Origin: Lytechinus pictus
Taxonomy: Eukaryota
DNA length: 64,000 nucleotides
Assembly (NCBI RefSeq): GCF_037042905.1
Contig: NC_087252.1
Location: 26,786,001-26,850,000, forward strand
Direction: 5' to 3'
A program made the translations under genes and the position numbers. A model generated the notes under the pieces. It saw only the letters and a program-made list of their open reading frames with translations, was not told the DNA's origin and made no database searches. Positions 13,810 to 27,275 of this stretch are shown here, piece after piece (within the stretch, counting starts at the first letter, position 1; the number at the start of each line of letters is the position of its first letter).

Positions 13810-14476
13810 CCATACGAACAAAGATTGATCCAACTGAAACCCCCTACATTGACATACCGCCGTGCGCGAGGGGATATGATCATTGGCGGCGGAAGCCAAA
13901 AAATTTAGGGGGGACCACCAACATTTTTTGACAACCAAAAAAAAAAAAAAAGGTTATATATCAACCAAAATTTTAGGGGGGACCGACAGAATTTTTTGAC
14001 AAGCCCCCCCCCCCCAAAAAAAAGGTTATCAACATAAAATTTAGGGGGGGGGGACCTGTCCCCCCCCCCCCCCATCCCCCCGCTTCCGCCGCCTATGGAT
14101 ATGATGGAAACTTACAAGTTATTTCAAAGATATGACCAGGAGGTAGTGCCAGATTTGGGTCAGCTTCTTGGGCCTACCAGAGGTCATGAAAAAAAATTTG
14201 TTTATTCCAAGATCAGTCACTGAGAAACGTAAGATTTGTTTTACATGAGAATGATAAAACCATGGAATAGTCTCATTAATGAATTAGTTAATGCACCCAG
14301 TGTCTACAGCTTCGAGAATGGACTGGGCAAGTATTGGAGAAGTGAACCAGTTAAGTTCAAGTTCGACGCTGACCCACCAGGACATGATCCGGCCAACCTA
14401 AAGAGGAGAAAGAATTTGGAACTGAATACAGAGTCATATTGACTTCGTTCAGTATACTCCCTAAGTATCCCTAATC
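13810..14476 (+). mobile_element. CR1 LINE 3' fragment interrupted by a MITE
   Basis: Translates to PTLTYRRARGDM|METYK...TRGH...IKPWNSL...VNAPSVYSF...W, typical of CR1 C-termini; ends in a short cctaagtat repeat tail. Confidence 0.75.
13881..14097. mobile_element. hAT-like MITE with 8-bp TSD
   Basis: TIR CAT(T/A)GGCGGCGGAAGC; GATATGAT at 13873-13880 and 14098-14105. Confidence 0.85.
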
Positions 14477-14930
14477 ATAAGGGATGTTTGCTATAATATA
14501 AAAGACTATGTTTTATCAAAACTGTATTTTGTAAAGATGATTCAATGATTCAATCTTGATTCAATCTTGAAGATAAAAATAATGCAAGCGTTTATTTAGC
14601 CTTGATTTTGTGCTCACCCTATACGTACGGACAGGGAACAACTCAACATCACATAAATCCGAAACATTTAGATCAAAGTACAGTTTTTCCACGATCATTG
14701 ATCACGTTCCTGTTAGAAAGTGGGCATATATACATGTATGTTACAACTCTGCATATGTACAAACAATTTTTTTTGGTAAGGTATAGCATTAGAACCTTAT
14801 ATCTAAAACTAAAAAAAAAAATCATTAAAGCTCACAGAGTTCTCTTTTAGAGATATTGTGCATAGGCCTTAGTGCCGCAGGCGCGGATCCATGGAGGGGG
14901 GGGCGAGGGGGCCTTGCCCCCCCCCCTTCG

Positions 14931-15902
14931 GCAAAAAAAAAAGAAGAGAGGGAAAGAAAGAGAAAAAAAGGGGGAACAGGGGAAAGAAAAGAAGAAAAAA
15001 GAAGAAAGGAAGAGGGGAAGAAGGGAAGAAAAAAGAAAGAGGAAAAGGGGGAAAAGAAAAGAGGAAAAGAGAGAGGGGAGAGAGGGAAAGGAAAAGGAGA
15101 AAAAAAGGCAGAGGAAGAAGGAGGAAAGAAGAGAAGAGAGAGAAAGGGGAAAAGAAGAGGGGAAAAGAAAGAGGAAGAGGGGGAAGGAAGAAGACGAGAA
15201 AAAAGAGAGAGGAAAGGGGGAAAGAAAAGAAGAAAAAGAGGGGGAAGGAAGGGAAGGAAAAAGAGAGGGAAAGGAAAAGGAGAGAGAGGAATAGGGAGGA
15301 AAAAAGAGAAGAAAAAGAGAGGAAAAAGAGGAAAGAAAAGGATAAAAAAGAGGAAGAGAATAAAAGGGAGGGGGAGGGAGAGGGGGAAGAAAAAAGAAGG
15401 AGAGGGGGAAAGAAAAGGAGAGAGAGGAAGAGGGAGGAAAGAAGAGAAGAAAAAGAAGAGGGGAAAGAAAAGAAGAAGAAAAAAATAGAAGAAGAGGGGA
15501 AAGAAAGAGAAAAAAGAGGGAGAGGGGGAAGGAAGAAAAGAAAAAGGGAGGGGGAGGGGGAAGAAAAAAAAGGAAGCGGGGAAAGAAGAAAGGGGGAAGA
15601 GAGAGGAAGAGGGGAAAAGGAAAAGGAGAAAAAAGGAGAGGAAGAGGAAAGAAAGAAGAGGAAAAAAGAGAGAGAAGGGGGAAGAAAAGAAGAAAAGGGG
15701 AAAGAAAGAGAAGAAAAGGGAGGGGGAGAGGGGGAAGAAAAAAGAGGAAGAGGGGAAAGAAAAGGAGAAAAGGGAGAGAGAGGAAGAGGGAAGAAAGAAG
15801 AGAAGAAAAAAGAGAGAGAAAGGGGGGAAAGAAAAGAAGAAAAGGGGAGAGGAAGAGGGGGAAGGACGAGAAGAAAAAAAAGAGGAAGAGGAGGAAAGAA
15901 AA
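14931..15902 (+). repeat. ~1 kb near-pure polypurine (GA) tract
   Basis: Almost exclusively A/G on the + strand; follows a CAGGCGCGGATCC terminus-like motif at 14878. Similar tracts at 20140-20470, 20545-20660 and 22060-22150. Confidence 0.95.
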
Positions 15903-16912
15903 TGATGTTCGAAGGAATGTCAAAATGATGTTGGAACTGGGGGCCGAATTGATGTTTTAACGGGGGGGGGGGGCGAACTGATGTTCGACGTAGGGGGCCG
16001 AAATGATATTCGAACTAGGGGCGCCAAATTGATGTTGCAACTATAGGGGGCGCCAAATTGATACTCGAAGGGATGTTAAAATGATGTTCGAACTGGGGGC
16101 GCAAGATTGATACTCGAACTAGGGGGGAGGGGGCCGAATCGATGTTCGAACTAGGGGGGGGGGCGCCAAATCGATACTCGAACTAGGGGGGCTCAGAATT
16201 AATGTTGGAACTAGGGGGCGCCAAATTGATGTTGGACCTTCTTGTAGGGGCGCCGAATTGATATTCGAACTAGGAGGGCGCCGAAATGATATTAAAAGGG
16301 ATGTTAAAATGATGTTCGAACTGGGGGCGCCAAATTGATACTTGAACTAGGGGGGGGGGGCGAAACGATGTTCGAGCTAGGGGCGCGAAACTGATACTCA
16401 AACTAGGGGGGCACCGAATTGATGTTCGAACTAGGGGGCGCCATATTGATACTCGAGCTAGGGGGAGGGCGAAATGATATTCGAACTAGGGAAGCCAAAT
16501 TGAGTTCGAAGGGATGCCAAAATGATGTTCGAACTGGGGGCCGAATTGATACTTGAACTAGGGGGGGGGCCGAATTGATGTTCGAACTAGGGGCACCACA
16601 TTGATGTTTGAACTAGGGGGCGCCAATTTGATATTCCAACTGGCCGGGGCGCCAAATTGATGTTCGACCTAGGGAGGCAAAAAAAAATGTTCGACGTAGA
16701 GGGGGGGAGGGGGGGTTGCGCCGAATTGATGTTCGACGTAGGGGCGCAAAAAATTATGTTCGACATCGGGGGGCGCCGATTGAATGTTCGAACTAGGGGC
16801 GCCAGATGATGTTCGAACTAGGGGGCGCCGAATTGCTATTCGAACTTGGGGCGCCAAATTGATGTTCGAACGAGGGGGGCGACAAATTGATGTAAGAACT
16901 AGGGGGCGCTGA
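15903..16912 (+). repeat. ~27-33 bp minisatellite (GATGTTCGAACTAGGGGGCGCCAAATT)
   Basis: About 30 degenerate head-to-tail units; a shorter array of the same unit at ~22170-22485. Confidence 0.9.
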
Positions 16913-17180
16913 AATTGTGTATGGGTATGGCTTAAAAAGAATGTAACTAGTATAAGTTATACAAGTTGCATTCTTTTTAAGCCATATACCTATAATTGCA
17001 TAGGTTACAAAGCACATGTTAACATCGTCACGTTCAACACCAATAACAAGCAAGCAATGACCAGCCGTGTAGCTAGTTGTAGGCCGGGGGGGGGGGGGCA
17101 CTCGACCAAAAAAGTAATGGGTATGTGCCGCGGGCGAGACAAAAAACGGGGGCCTTGGAGCGGGCTTATTGTAAAAATGA

Positions 17181-18983
17181 TGAATGGTGAAAAGTGCACG
17201 AAATATTTTTTACAGTTGGAAAAAAGAAGAAGTGTTAAAAAATAAACAAATTGTGTAGAAATTAAGGACGTTCCACAGTTATGTTTGTGCGCATTATGAT
17301 ATGCGCATAGTTTACACTCTGCGCGCTGACGTCACAATGGATGAACAGGTGATTAATTAGCTGCGGGTGTGAGCTGATTTTTCTCATCTTCTGCACTTTA
17401 ACTCTAGATCCGATGCGTTATTTCATGAAGCTAAAAAATGGAATTATTTCATGGACCATTAAACAAAAAAAATCTCTACAATTTCAAAATACTTCACTCT
17501 GCAGTGCTGCCAAGAATCACGAATATTACCCCGAGTTTGAATAAATGGTAGAGTGTTTTTTATTTTTTCTTCACATAGATACAAAGCATTCGGCGCATTT
17601 TTTGTGTTTTAAAAAGCACATTTGCTCTAATAAAAATGCTGATAGTTTAAAAACAAGCACATGAACCCCTATTTTTTTATGTTTGTACCTCTTAGGTATA
17701 CCTACCTCTACAACTCTGCAAATTTTGGTGAAAATGACATGGATTTTTAATAAAGTGCAGCATTTATTGTACGTTTGTAGTTTGTTACTGAAATTTTACA
17801 TTTTGTAGATTGGGATTTTGTTATCTTTTACGCCATTTTTAAGAACTAAAGTGCTGTTAAACTTAAAATTGCACACAAATAGCACTATATATAGATTCTC
17901 CATTCTAACGATACAATTATTAACTCTCTTGCGAAGTTTGATGACTTTTTCATGTATTTTGACTGAGTAATAGAGGTTTAAACTCATTGTAGCAATCTTG
18001 GGCGGTCAAAAAATGCCAAATTCTTTTGAATGCGCAATTCTTAAGAACATCAATTTGGGTGAACTTTGAAGCTCTATAGCAAAAAATCAAGCACATGGAC
18101 CTATGTTAATTTTTGCATATTTCGAATATTAAGGTTCTAAAGTATCTATGTGCAAAGTTTGGTGAAAATGACATGGATTTCACTTTAACTGTGGAACGTC
18201 CTTAAAGGTAAAATAGTACATGACGGTAAAAAAGTTTTAGAACATATATTATATTATTATGAAAATCTGTATAAAGGGGATTGCAATCAAGATCAAGAGT
18301 TCGATGAATATTTTACAGGATTAAAATTAAACACTTTATCAGAAGAGCAAGCAAATTTATGTGAAGGTTTATTAACGGAAAGGGAGTGTTTTTATATACT
18401 CATGTCAATGAACACGAACAAAGCCCCAGGTAGCGATGGCCTGAGTGCAGAGTTTTACAGGTGCTTTTGGAATGATTTAAAAGATATGTTAATTAGTAGT
18501 TTAAATACTGGTTATGAGGAGAAAAAAAATGTCATCCTCCCAAAGTCAAGCTGTTCTCACATTGTTATATAAAAAGGAAAATGGTAGAAGACACAATTCT
18601 TTCTGTTTCTAAAGTACAGGTCTGTGTTAATGAAAATATAGTAATTTTAGGTTGGAATATACAAGAACCGAAATACTGGTTAATTAATATCATTTTGAAT
18701 TTTACTCAATACACCATTTACAGAAAGTATATTGAAACGAGTATGAAAAAAGGTTATTACTTTGTTAATGTAAATAGATTATGGATGAATTTGAAAATGA
18801 AACTGAGATGGTATTTAAGTTCAAAATATGTTACCAAAAATAAGAATACAAAAGAAATTGACAAATTGCTGGAACTCATTTATTGATTGATTAATTTGAT
18901 TACTGTATATACTTTGTGATTTGTAAACTGTATTATAGAGACGTAAATAAAGTCCCTCGAAAGAGGTTTAAAGAGAAAAAAAA
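17181..18983 (+). mobile_element. 5'-truncated, internally deleted L1/Tx1-type LINE
   Basis: GEKCTKYFLQLEKRR and NKAPGSDGLSAEFY...FW motifs; AATAAA near 18946 and A-tail; 13-bp TSD ATTGTAAAAATGA (17168-17180, 18984-18996). Confidence 0.85.
17266..18201. mobile_element. Kolobok-like non-autonomous DNA transposon
   Basis: Perfect 16-bp TIR GGACGTTCCACAGTTA; TTAA on both sides; removing it rejoins the Tx1 reading frame. Confidence 0.85.
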
Positions 18984-19559
18984 ATTGTAAAAATGAGGGT
19001 CCTCGGAACGGGCTTCGAAACGACAAATGTTTGTGAAAACGGGGGTCTTTGGAACGGGTTGCCTGCGTGTGATTAGGTATTCATCCCTATGGAACGGGCA
19101 TACATGCATGCAGCTAGCCCGGCGGCACGGGCGCCAGGTGCGCGAGCGCAGATGCGATGGTCGGACAGCGCTCTGCGGCCGCTTTTCACCAAAATTGCGG
19201 CTCATTATAGCAGATCAACTGAAAAAAATCAACGGAAAATATGCGAAGCTTTGGAGCGGATTTCTTTCTTCTTTTTTCTCGAAAAGAAGAAAATGCTATG
19301 CTTTGGAGCGGCTTTCTTTGTTCTTTTTCTCAATAAGACAAAAATGCTATGCCTTGGAAAGGAAATTTGAGTGTAAAAATGGGGGTCCCCTCCGCGGCAC
19401 ATACCCACTATGCATTATATACTGAGTGCCCCCCCCCCCCCGGGGGTTGAGGGTCGGGATAACTTGCGCTCCATAGTTATTTGGAAAGTGGAAATTGATA
19501 AAAACCGTATATTCAGACCGCCTCGATCACATTACAAGAACTTGTTCAGGCCTTAAGAC

Positions 19560-19843
19560 TATTCGTGTTATTATTTCCGCATTCATACATTCCGTCCCTA
19601 AGAGACTTCGAAGTTCTCGAAGCTACGAGCATGCGCATTATGGTCTGGAAAGCGGGTAAGGCGCGAATTCAAACTCGCCAGTCTGCAACTCATGGCGCCC
19701 AGGCGACCACGCCCAACTACAAAGTTCTCAAGTACCATGGCCACTTAGCCAAAAATCTTCAGGTTGCGAAAATCGAAAAAGAAAAGCGGAGAGGCTAAAG
19801 CAAGCTGGCTCCCTAGACAAGTACCTCCGCCCAACGTTGAGAG
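19560..19843 (+). promoter_or_regulatory. Candidate promoter and non-coding first exon of the downstream gene
   Basis: Locally CpG-rich sequence not seen repeated in the window; GCATGCGCAT (NRF1-like) near 19629; ACTACAA (ZNF143/Ronin-like) near 19716; donor-like GAG|GTAGGA at 19843/19844. Inference only. Confidence 0.35.
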
Positions 19844-19883
19844 GTAGGAACACATGTTGAAACATGAACATTCGGGGACATCC

Positions 19884-20006
19884 CGATAGCCCGCGGGTCC
19901 GTTAGGCCGCGGGTCCGATAGTCCGTGGGTCCGATAGTCCGTGGGTCCGTTAGTCCGCAGGTCCGAAAGTCCGCGGGTCCGTTAGTCCGCGGGTCCGATA
20001 GTCCGC
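19884..20006 (+). repeat. 16-bp tandem repeat (GGTCCG(A/T)TAGTCCGCG), about 8 units
   Basis: Directly visible tandem array. Confidence 0.9.
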
Positions 20007-23000
20007 AGAGTGTGTAAAACTATGATCAGGATATGTCATCGAGAGGTCTAAAGGCCCTCCAAAATGTCAAATGATACGAAACCATGGGGTTCTATCAGGC
20101 GCTGATCAATGGGGGCCGAGGGGGCCTTGCCTCACCTTTTAGGGAGGAAGAGGGGGGCAGAAAGAGAAGAAAACAATGAGAGGAAAAGGGGGAAAAGATA
20201 GGAAAAAGAGAGGAGGAGGGGAAAGGAAGAGAAAAAAAGAGAAAGGAAAAGGGGGAAAAGAAAAGAAGGAAAATGAGAGGAAGGAAGAGAAGAAAAAGGA
20301 GAGGAAGATGGGAAGAAAGATAAAAAAGAGAGAGAAAGGGGGGAAGGGGGAAAGAAAAGAACAAAAAAAGAGAGAAGAAAGGGGAAAGAAAAGATCATGA
20401 AAAAAAGTGAGAAAGGAAGATAGAGAAGAGGACGGAAAAGAAGAGAAGAAGAAAACGAGAGAGGAAGAGGGCAGTGGCGTAACAGGCGGGGGGCAGGGGG
20501 GACAAGCTGCCCCCCTGGTGGATTTCACCGGGAAAATTTAAAAAACGGAAAAAAAGAAAAGGGAGGGAGAAAGAAAGGGAAGGGGGAAGGAAAGGGGAAA
20601 AGGAAAGGAGGAGAAGGAAAGGGAAAAGGAACGGGAAAAGTGAAAAGAAAACGAAAAAGAAAAATATATCTTTATTGGAAAAGGAAGGAAAGCGGGAAAA
20701 AAAACATTTGAGAAAGAACAAATCATTCCGAAAAAGGCCTATGTAATGCAATAGCATGATGGGAAATAAATTAAAAGATGACAAAATGGCAAACAGCGGG
20801 AAATGAAGGTAGAATGGAATTAGTCAAAAGCTAAATTGGAAAACAAAGAAAAGGGACAAGAAAACAACTTAATAACATGACCGGGCCGCCGAGGATAGAA
20901 AATAAATAGCGGGAAGAAAGATGGACTGCATACAACATTGTGCTATAAGCTTGCTTAATTCTATGCAAATAAGCTATCGGGGCTTTGCCCCAGACCCCAC
21001 GCAGTAGGGGCTCTTCATCTATAACCTTCAACTGGCTCTATAACGCCCCCCTGTAGGGACCCTTCCTACATTAAGCTTTACGTTCAATCACTGGCGTACA
21101 GGCGGGGGGGGGGGTCTTGGTTCCACACCCAAGAGGAAATAAAAGAAATTATAGGAGACAACGTATAATGAAATGAATGAAAACAATAACGTGTTATATG
21201 CTGAATATAATGGATATCTATCACATAATTAAAATCTAATTTCAATAGGCATTTTTTCCAGCTCGCTTTACTCGCTAGCGACTTTTTACAAATTTTCCCA
21301 CCTTGCTATGTTTTGCCCCCTCAAAATATTTGGTTCAACTGGGTTGAATAAATGTGTTGTGTAAAAGCTATATTCTGTATATACCCGCGATTTGATTAAA
21401 AATAGCGGCAATCTGCGAGGTTTAAATGGCTTTGATATCAAGAAGTTCCGGGGGCCCCAGACGGACCCCAACCGCATAGCACTGTCGTATATGATTATGG
21501 AAGGGTTGGGCCATGGTCCCCAAAAGTTCTACAACCAAGAAAAAAAAAAGGAGGAAAGAAAAGCAAAGGAAGAGTGAATGATATGATTTTATTTACTGAA
21601 TATAATGTCAAAAAATATCTCAAAGTTAAATTCTCATGAAAATGTGATTTTTATTCTCGCTCGCTTTGGTCGCTCGGGACTTATATTAAGCAGCTTTTTA
21701 GCACGTGCGTCATACTGCGCCTCTCGTTTTTTTTTACTCTTCACGCTACTGCTGCAAAGAAGCAAAGAATCATGTTTACAGTGGCATACAGACCACAAAA
21801 AAGGAATGGAAAGAGAGAAGAGTGAAATATATTATTTTCTGGATATCATGTCAAAATCTATCACAAAATTGGACTTTTGTATTAAAAACGTCAACATTTT
21901 TGCTCGCTCGCAACTTTTTTTTAAATTCTGCCTGATACGCAATGTCTGGCCCTCTCAAATCCGTCGCCTCATTATACCATTATGCCTGTTTATTCCATGA
22001 TATGACTCTTGTTGGCTCTTGCTCCCCCCCCCCCCCCTGGCCTACATGTAGGACCCCTGGGAAAGAATGAGAGAAGGAAAAGATAAAGGAATGGAATAGG
22101 AAGAGGAATGAGGAAAAGAGAGAAAAAAGGAGATGGGAAAAGTAAGAGGGAGGTGTTGACTGGGACGTCGATTTGATGTTCGAACTAGGCGGCGCCAAAA
22201 TGACATTCGAACTATGGGGCGCCGTCAGGAGCGCCGAATTGATGTTCGAACTCGGGGAGCGCCGAATTGATTTTCGAACTAGCGGGGCGCCAAATTGATG
22301 TTCGAACTATATAGGGGAGCGCTAATTTGATGTTTGACCATAAGGCGACAAATGCATGTTTCAGAGGAGGGAGGGCAAAGGTATATTTCACATGGGGCGC
22401 CAAATTCATGTTCAACCGAGGGCGCCAAATTGACCTAGAACTTAGGGGGCTCCATGCAAATTCATGATCGACCGGGGGCGCAACATTGCTCGTACTGCTT
22501 GTTTATAGGGAAATACATGTCCTGCCCAAAAAAGTTAAATAAAAAAAACCCAATGTGCTCGAGCATGTCGAGTTTGAAGTCTGTTTAGCGAGATAGGTAT
22601 TCTGTTCAGGGTCACAAAAAAAGGGGTTAATATCAAATTCAGCTCGCGCTATGCGCTCGCAATATTTGATTAGTGAGGTGTGTATCCTCTCCATCGATAC
22701 CACGTACATAAGTCCTTAAAATGTTAGTGTTTTTCAGGTCAATATACATAGGCGGATCCAGGAGGCAAAGTTCCCTCCCAAATGGTGGTGCAAAAATGGG
22801 AAAGAAAGGAAAAAAGAAGATGAGAAAAAGGAAAAACAATTAGAATAGGAATTAGACCTTAAAAGAGTCCTTCTTAAGTCAATATATAACAATTTTAGCA
22901 CGGGCTTCGCGCTCGCATCAATTGTTTAGCTTTATACGCATCCCTACCTCACAGATTTTATGCGAACGAGAAGTGCAAGCTGATAATATTTGATATTCTA

Positions 23001-25921
23001 AGCTGACAACTGAAAAACTGAATCATTATAAAAGCTTTCAGCTAGCGCTTCGCGCTCACATTCATTTCTTAAATTTTCTTATTTTACATCTGATTTTGAT
23101 GTTGGGGTGGACTTGTCCTTTCAAATTAGTATGCATCGTGTTCATCATAACAACTACTAACATTGAAGGATCCAGGGGGCCTGAGGGCCCGCCCACCCCC
23201 CTATTGGCGGAGCGAAAACATGGAAAAAGGGGAAAGAAAAAAAAAGAAGGGAAAGAAAGGAGGGGAAAAAAGAAGACGAAAAATAAGAGGAGGAATATGA
23301 GTGAATAAAATAAGGTCAGGGGAAGACTTGGAAAATATTTTTAGAAAATATTTAATGTCACTATATTAAAGTTTCGCTCGCGCATCGTGCTCGCATTGCC
23401 TGTTCGATGAGATACATATCTTGCTAAATTGGCTGATATACAGATTAAAATATCAAGTTTTGAAGTCAATATACAATACATATTTCAGCTCGGACATCGA
23501 GCTTTCATTATTTTGTTTGATTTACCAATTTATTTATTTTTTAAGTGCTCTGTAAATTGTCCGTTTTATGTTGTGAATCAACATTTGCAGCGTGCGCTGT
23601 GCGCTTGCATTATTAGCTAAGTAGGCCTACCTATTTTGTGTATTTCATATAAGATTCTCAAAATATCCCTTTTCAGGTGTCTCGATTGTCAAAAATGAAG
23701 GCCTATGAGCTAGCGCTGTGCGCTCACATTTTGATTGGTAAGTTATGTATACATGTATATTAATTAAGTATCACACTACTTAAAATCCCCCATTTATGAC
23801 AGTTTATTAAACATTTCCGATCGCGATTTGCGCTCGCATTATTTGTTAAAAATATATCGACCCATGAATCCTATTCATTATTACAAAAGAACTTAAAATG
23901 TCCGGTTTTCTTGCCTCATGCACTGTCAACAAATTTCAAATAAAATCTTTATGAATTCATAATAACTAAATTGTCCTTTTTCAGAAAAAAAAAAATATAC
24001 AAGTTTTAGGAAGAGGAATAGAAAGATATTCATCATTTTCATATGATGACATAATGTCCTTATGCCTAGAATGTCCCGATCCTAGGTTAAAAATATAACA
24101 AATTACTAGCTTGCGCTCCGCGCTCGCATCATTTAGTGTAAGTGCTATCCACATTCACTTCACAATTTCCCTATATACACAGTGTTTTAAATAGTGTTTA
24201 AATTGACCCTTTTCATATCGGAATTTCAAATATTATTGATAAAAAATGAAATGTATTTAGAATGCCCAGATTCTGTCTAACTCTAAAACATGCGCACGCA
24301 TGTATATTGAGATACGCAGCTTGATTCAAAATGTGCTAAAATTATCCAGTTTCAGATCAAAATATAAAAAATCATCTGCTCGCGCTTTGCGCTCGCATTA
24401 TTAATGTAGGAAGATACCAAATTACCCATCCTTTTCATGATTGACAATACATGAATAGAGTGTCCCTTTCGGCGTTTGAAATCTCTTTTTTTCGGTTGGA
24501 ATAACAAAAAAGTTAAGCTCGCACTTCGCGCTCGCATTATTTAATCGTTGAAATATGTATCGTCTTAATGGCTAACTGCAAAACGTCCTTAGTGGGTCAA
24601 TTTTCGACCAGGCAAGAACGCATATTGAAAATTTCTGCTCGCGCTTCGCGCTCGTAGTACTTATCTAGTTACATACGCATCTTGTTCAGGTTCTCAAACA
24701 TTGCCCAGAATGTTCAATTTCCATTACAACATATATTAAATTTCATTTTTTAACCTGGCAAAGGGCTTATGAGATTATTACACATTGATGTAATTTATAA
24801 GAATAAAGCTAGGAAATGACTGTTAGGACATGATACGTTCCTCCCCCCCTTCCCCCCCCCAATTTTTTTTTCCCCCAAATATGATGTCAAAATTTATCAC
24901 AAACTTGGATTTTTGTGATAAAAATGTCAGCATTTTTGCTTGCTCGCTTCGCTCGCTCGCAACTTATTAATCTTAAGCGATACGCCATATCGAGCCCCCT
25001 CAAAATTGTTGGGTCATTACGCCACTGGGACAACCCCTTCAAAGAAACAAAAAAAAATCAACTTTGAGCGGCCGATCGGGGAAAATATAAGTGAAAATAA
25101 TTGGCCCCTCTATTGGCGGAAGCTGGATCCGCCCCTGATTTAGGCTTTCATGATAAAATACATGAAAAAAAAAATCAGATCCCGCTTCGCGTTCGCATTA
25201 TTTATCTAGACCTTATGAGATACCTCAATGTGTTTTTAAGAATAAAATCTCAGATTTTCTTAAGCTTCTACCCTCAATTTTATTTATTTTTTTATATTGG
25301 TGCCCTCTACAAAATTTCAACAAGCCCCCCCCCCCCCCGTGCACCCCTGCTGAATAAATCACAGCTACGCCACTGATGAGGAAATTTACTCCATTGCTTC
25401 GAGATTGCATTATTCCCAAGAGGTTATCATTTATATTATAGAAGGCTTTTTTAAAAACAACTAGTAAAGAAATTCCAGCTCCCGTTCACACAATATGCGA
25501 GTAGGATCTATTCTGGTGTGAAGTTAAACCAAATTGAAACCCCAAAAATCGCTCGCGCTTCGCACTCGCATTGATATTACATTATATATCCATGTTTTTT
25601 TTAAAGAACACATTAAAAAAGTGGTCTTCAATTGCCTTTTTTTAAAAACATGTGATTATGTAATAAGAGAATTCAAAATGCATTTGAGGCACTTAAGTTT
25701 GCCTGGCCGTGAGGGAGTACACAAGGGCGCCAAATTCAGGTCAAATTTGGGCCCCTTCTCCACAAAATCTTGGATCCGCGCCTGCTTAGTGGTATACTTG
25801 TTTTTATATACATTTACGTAATTATATTTTCTTTCAATTAATTGGAAATATATGAAAACTGTATTAATTGTTAAAATTTAATTGATATATTGTTGTTGTA
25901 TATATATGATGCATTGTTATA

Positions 25922-26113
25922 CACTCTAAGAACACTGGGAAGAAATTACCCAATATTAGGTAGAAAGGGAACATGCAGGTTTGATGGGTATTTTTCTACC
26001 CCATATTGTGCTATTTTAACGCAACATTGCGTAAACTTTACAAAATATTTTTTTACCCAAGAAACATGCATGTTCCCATTTTACCCAATACTGGGTAAGC
26101 CTTTTTTAAAGTG
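25922..26113. mobile_element. CACTC-terminated MITE, same family as 40607-40826
   Basis: cactctaa...ttaaagtg ends, TA flanks, internal ttacccaata repeats. Confidence 0.65.
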
Positions 26114-26558
26114 TAATTATTTGATGTTTTCATTGTATGTATCATAACACAAAATATTCATTTCAAGTGAATGAATTTTATTACTAAATTCAAATTCACA
26201 TTTATACAGTTCGGATCCAGGGGGGGGGGCACAGCCGGCCGGTTCCCCCTTTTGAGAGGCACAATTAAAATTTGTAATGTAAAAATGCCTTTAAAACAGA
26301 AGTGTGCCACCTTTTTGTTGTGTTTTTGGGGTTTTTTTTGCTTGTCAATTTTTTTCGTGGACGAAATCCCCTTTATTTTTGGTTAAAATCCTTTTTTTAT
26401 ATCTTTTTTTTTGGCTTGTCAAATTTTTCCTCGGGAAAATGTGCCCTGCTTTTCGAAAAATCCAGGATCCGCCCCTGGTCCAGGACATATATGAAATTAA
26501 GGCGATTAAAAAGCTGCAATTCTATTTCCATCTTTCATGCAGATCACCTATTGCAGAG

Positions 26559-26600
26559 ATGGCTGATGATGTAACAGTGGATCCTTCGTTGCGGAAAAAG
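26559..26600 (+). CDS. Probable start-codon exon of the LRR-ZU5 gene (MADDVTVDPSLRKK)
   Basis: Acceptor tctttcatgcag at 26542; gagATGG context; phase-0 donor AAG|GTATAA compatible with the next exon. Confidence 0.5.
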
Positions 26601-26749
26601 GTATAAAATATAATAATAAAAAAAATGACGTGTAATCATTAATTTGCTTTAGTTCAAAGAAAGCAAATTTTGAGTAGGATACAAAGCGTCAAAATAATAT
26701 TAATTATGAACCATATGGATTAATCGAAATTGGGGTTTAGATTTGGCTT

Positions 26750-27275
26750 CAAGGACAAATCCACCCCAACAAATAGCTGATTTGAATAGAAAGAGAAAAA
26801 TCGGACAATCATAACACTGGAAATTTCATCCAAATCGGATCTAAAATATTAAGAAGTTATGACATTTTAAAGTTTCCCTCAATTTCACAAAACAGTTTTT
26901 AGTATATGCACATCCTGGTCGACATGCAAATGAGGGGACTGATGACATTACTCACTTACTATTTCTTTTGTATTTTATTATAGGAAATATGAAATATTTT
27001 AATTTACTCCTCATTGCCATGCGGAACAAAGTTTTATTCCTCTCTGAACATGTGGAATTCCATTGTTTTAACATTTTGTGGTTCAAACAAGAGGGTCCTT
27101 TTTGTCAAATGCGACTCTCTCATTGCATATCACTGATTTGGGCATTAGCTGTTTTGTGAAAAATAAGCGAAACTTCAAAATGTCATAACTTTCTTATTTG
27201 ACGTCCGATTTTAATGAAGTTTTCAGCATTATTCTTATTTGATTTTCTCTATTTATTCAAATCAAATTTTTTCTG
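26750..27275. mobile_element. Truncated Kolobok-like element
   Basis: Begins aaggacaaatccaccccaac; the complementary terminus type (gttggggtggacttgtccttt) occurs at 23101-23121; internal inverted segments. Confidence 0.5.

Larger units (their letters stand above)
17084..19443. mobile_element. Inverted copy of the 4088-4623 MITE, split by nested insertions
   Basis: 17084-17180 and 18984-19443 together match the reverse complement of 4088-4623. Confidence 0.8.

Noticed and set aside
14847..15928. Long K/R/E-rich and F/L/S/P-rich ORFs (also 20095-20784)
   Set aside because: Artefacts of polypurine tracts, which cannot contain stop codons.
15903..16912. CRISPR-like appearance of the ~30-bp repeats (also 27890-28095)
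   Set aside because: Head-to-tail degenerate units with no unique spacers, no cas genes, and a eukaryotic context.
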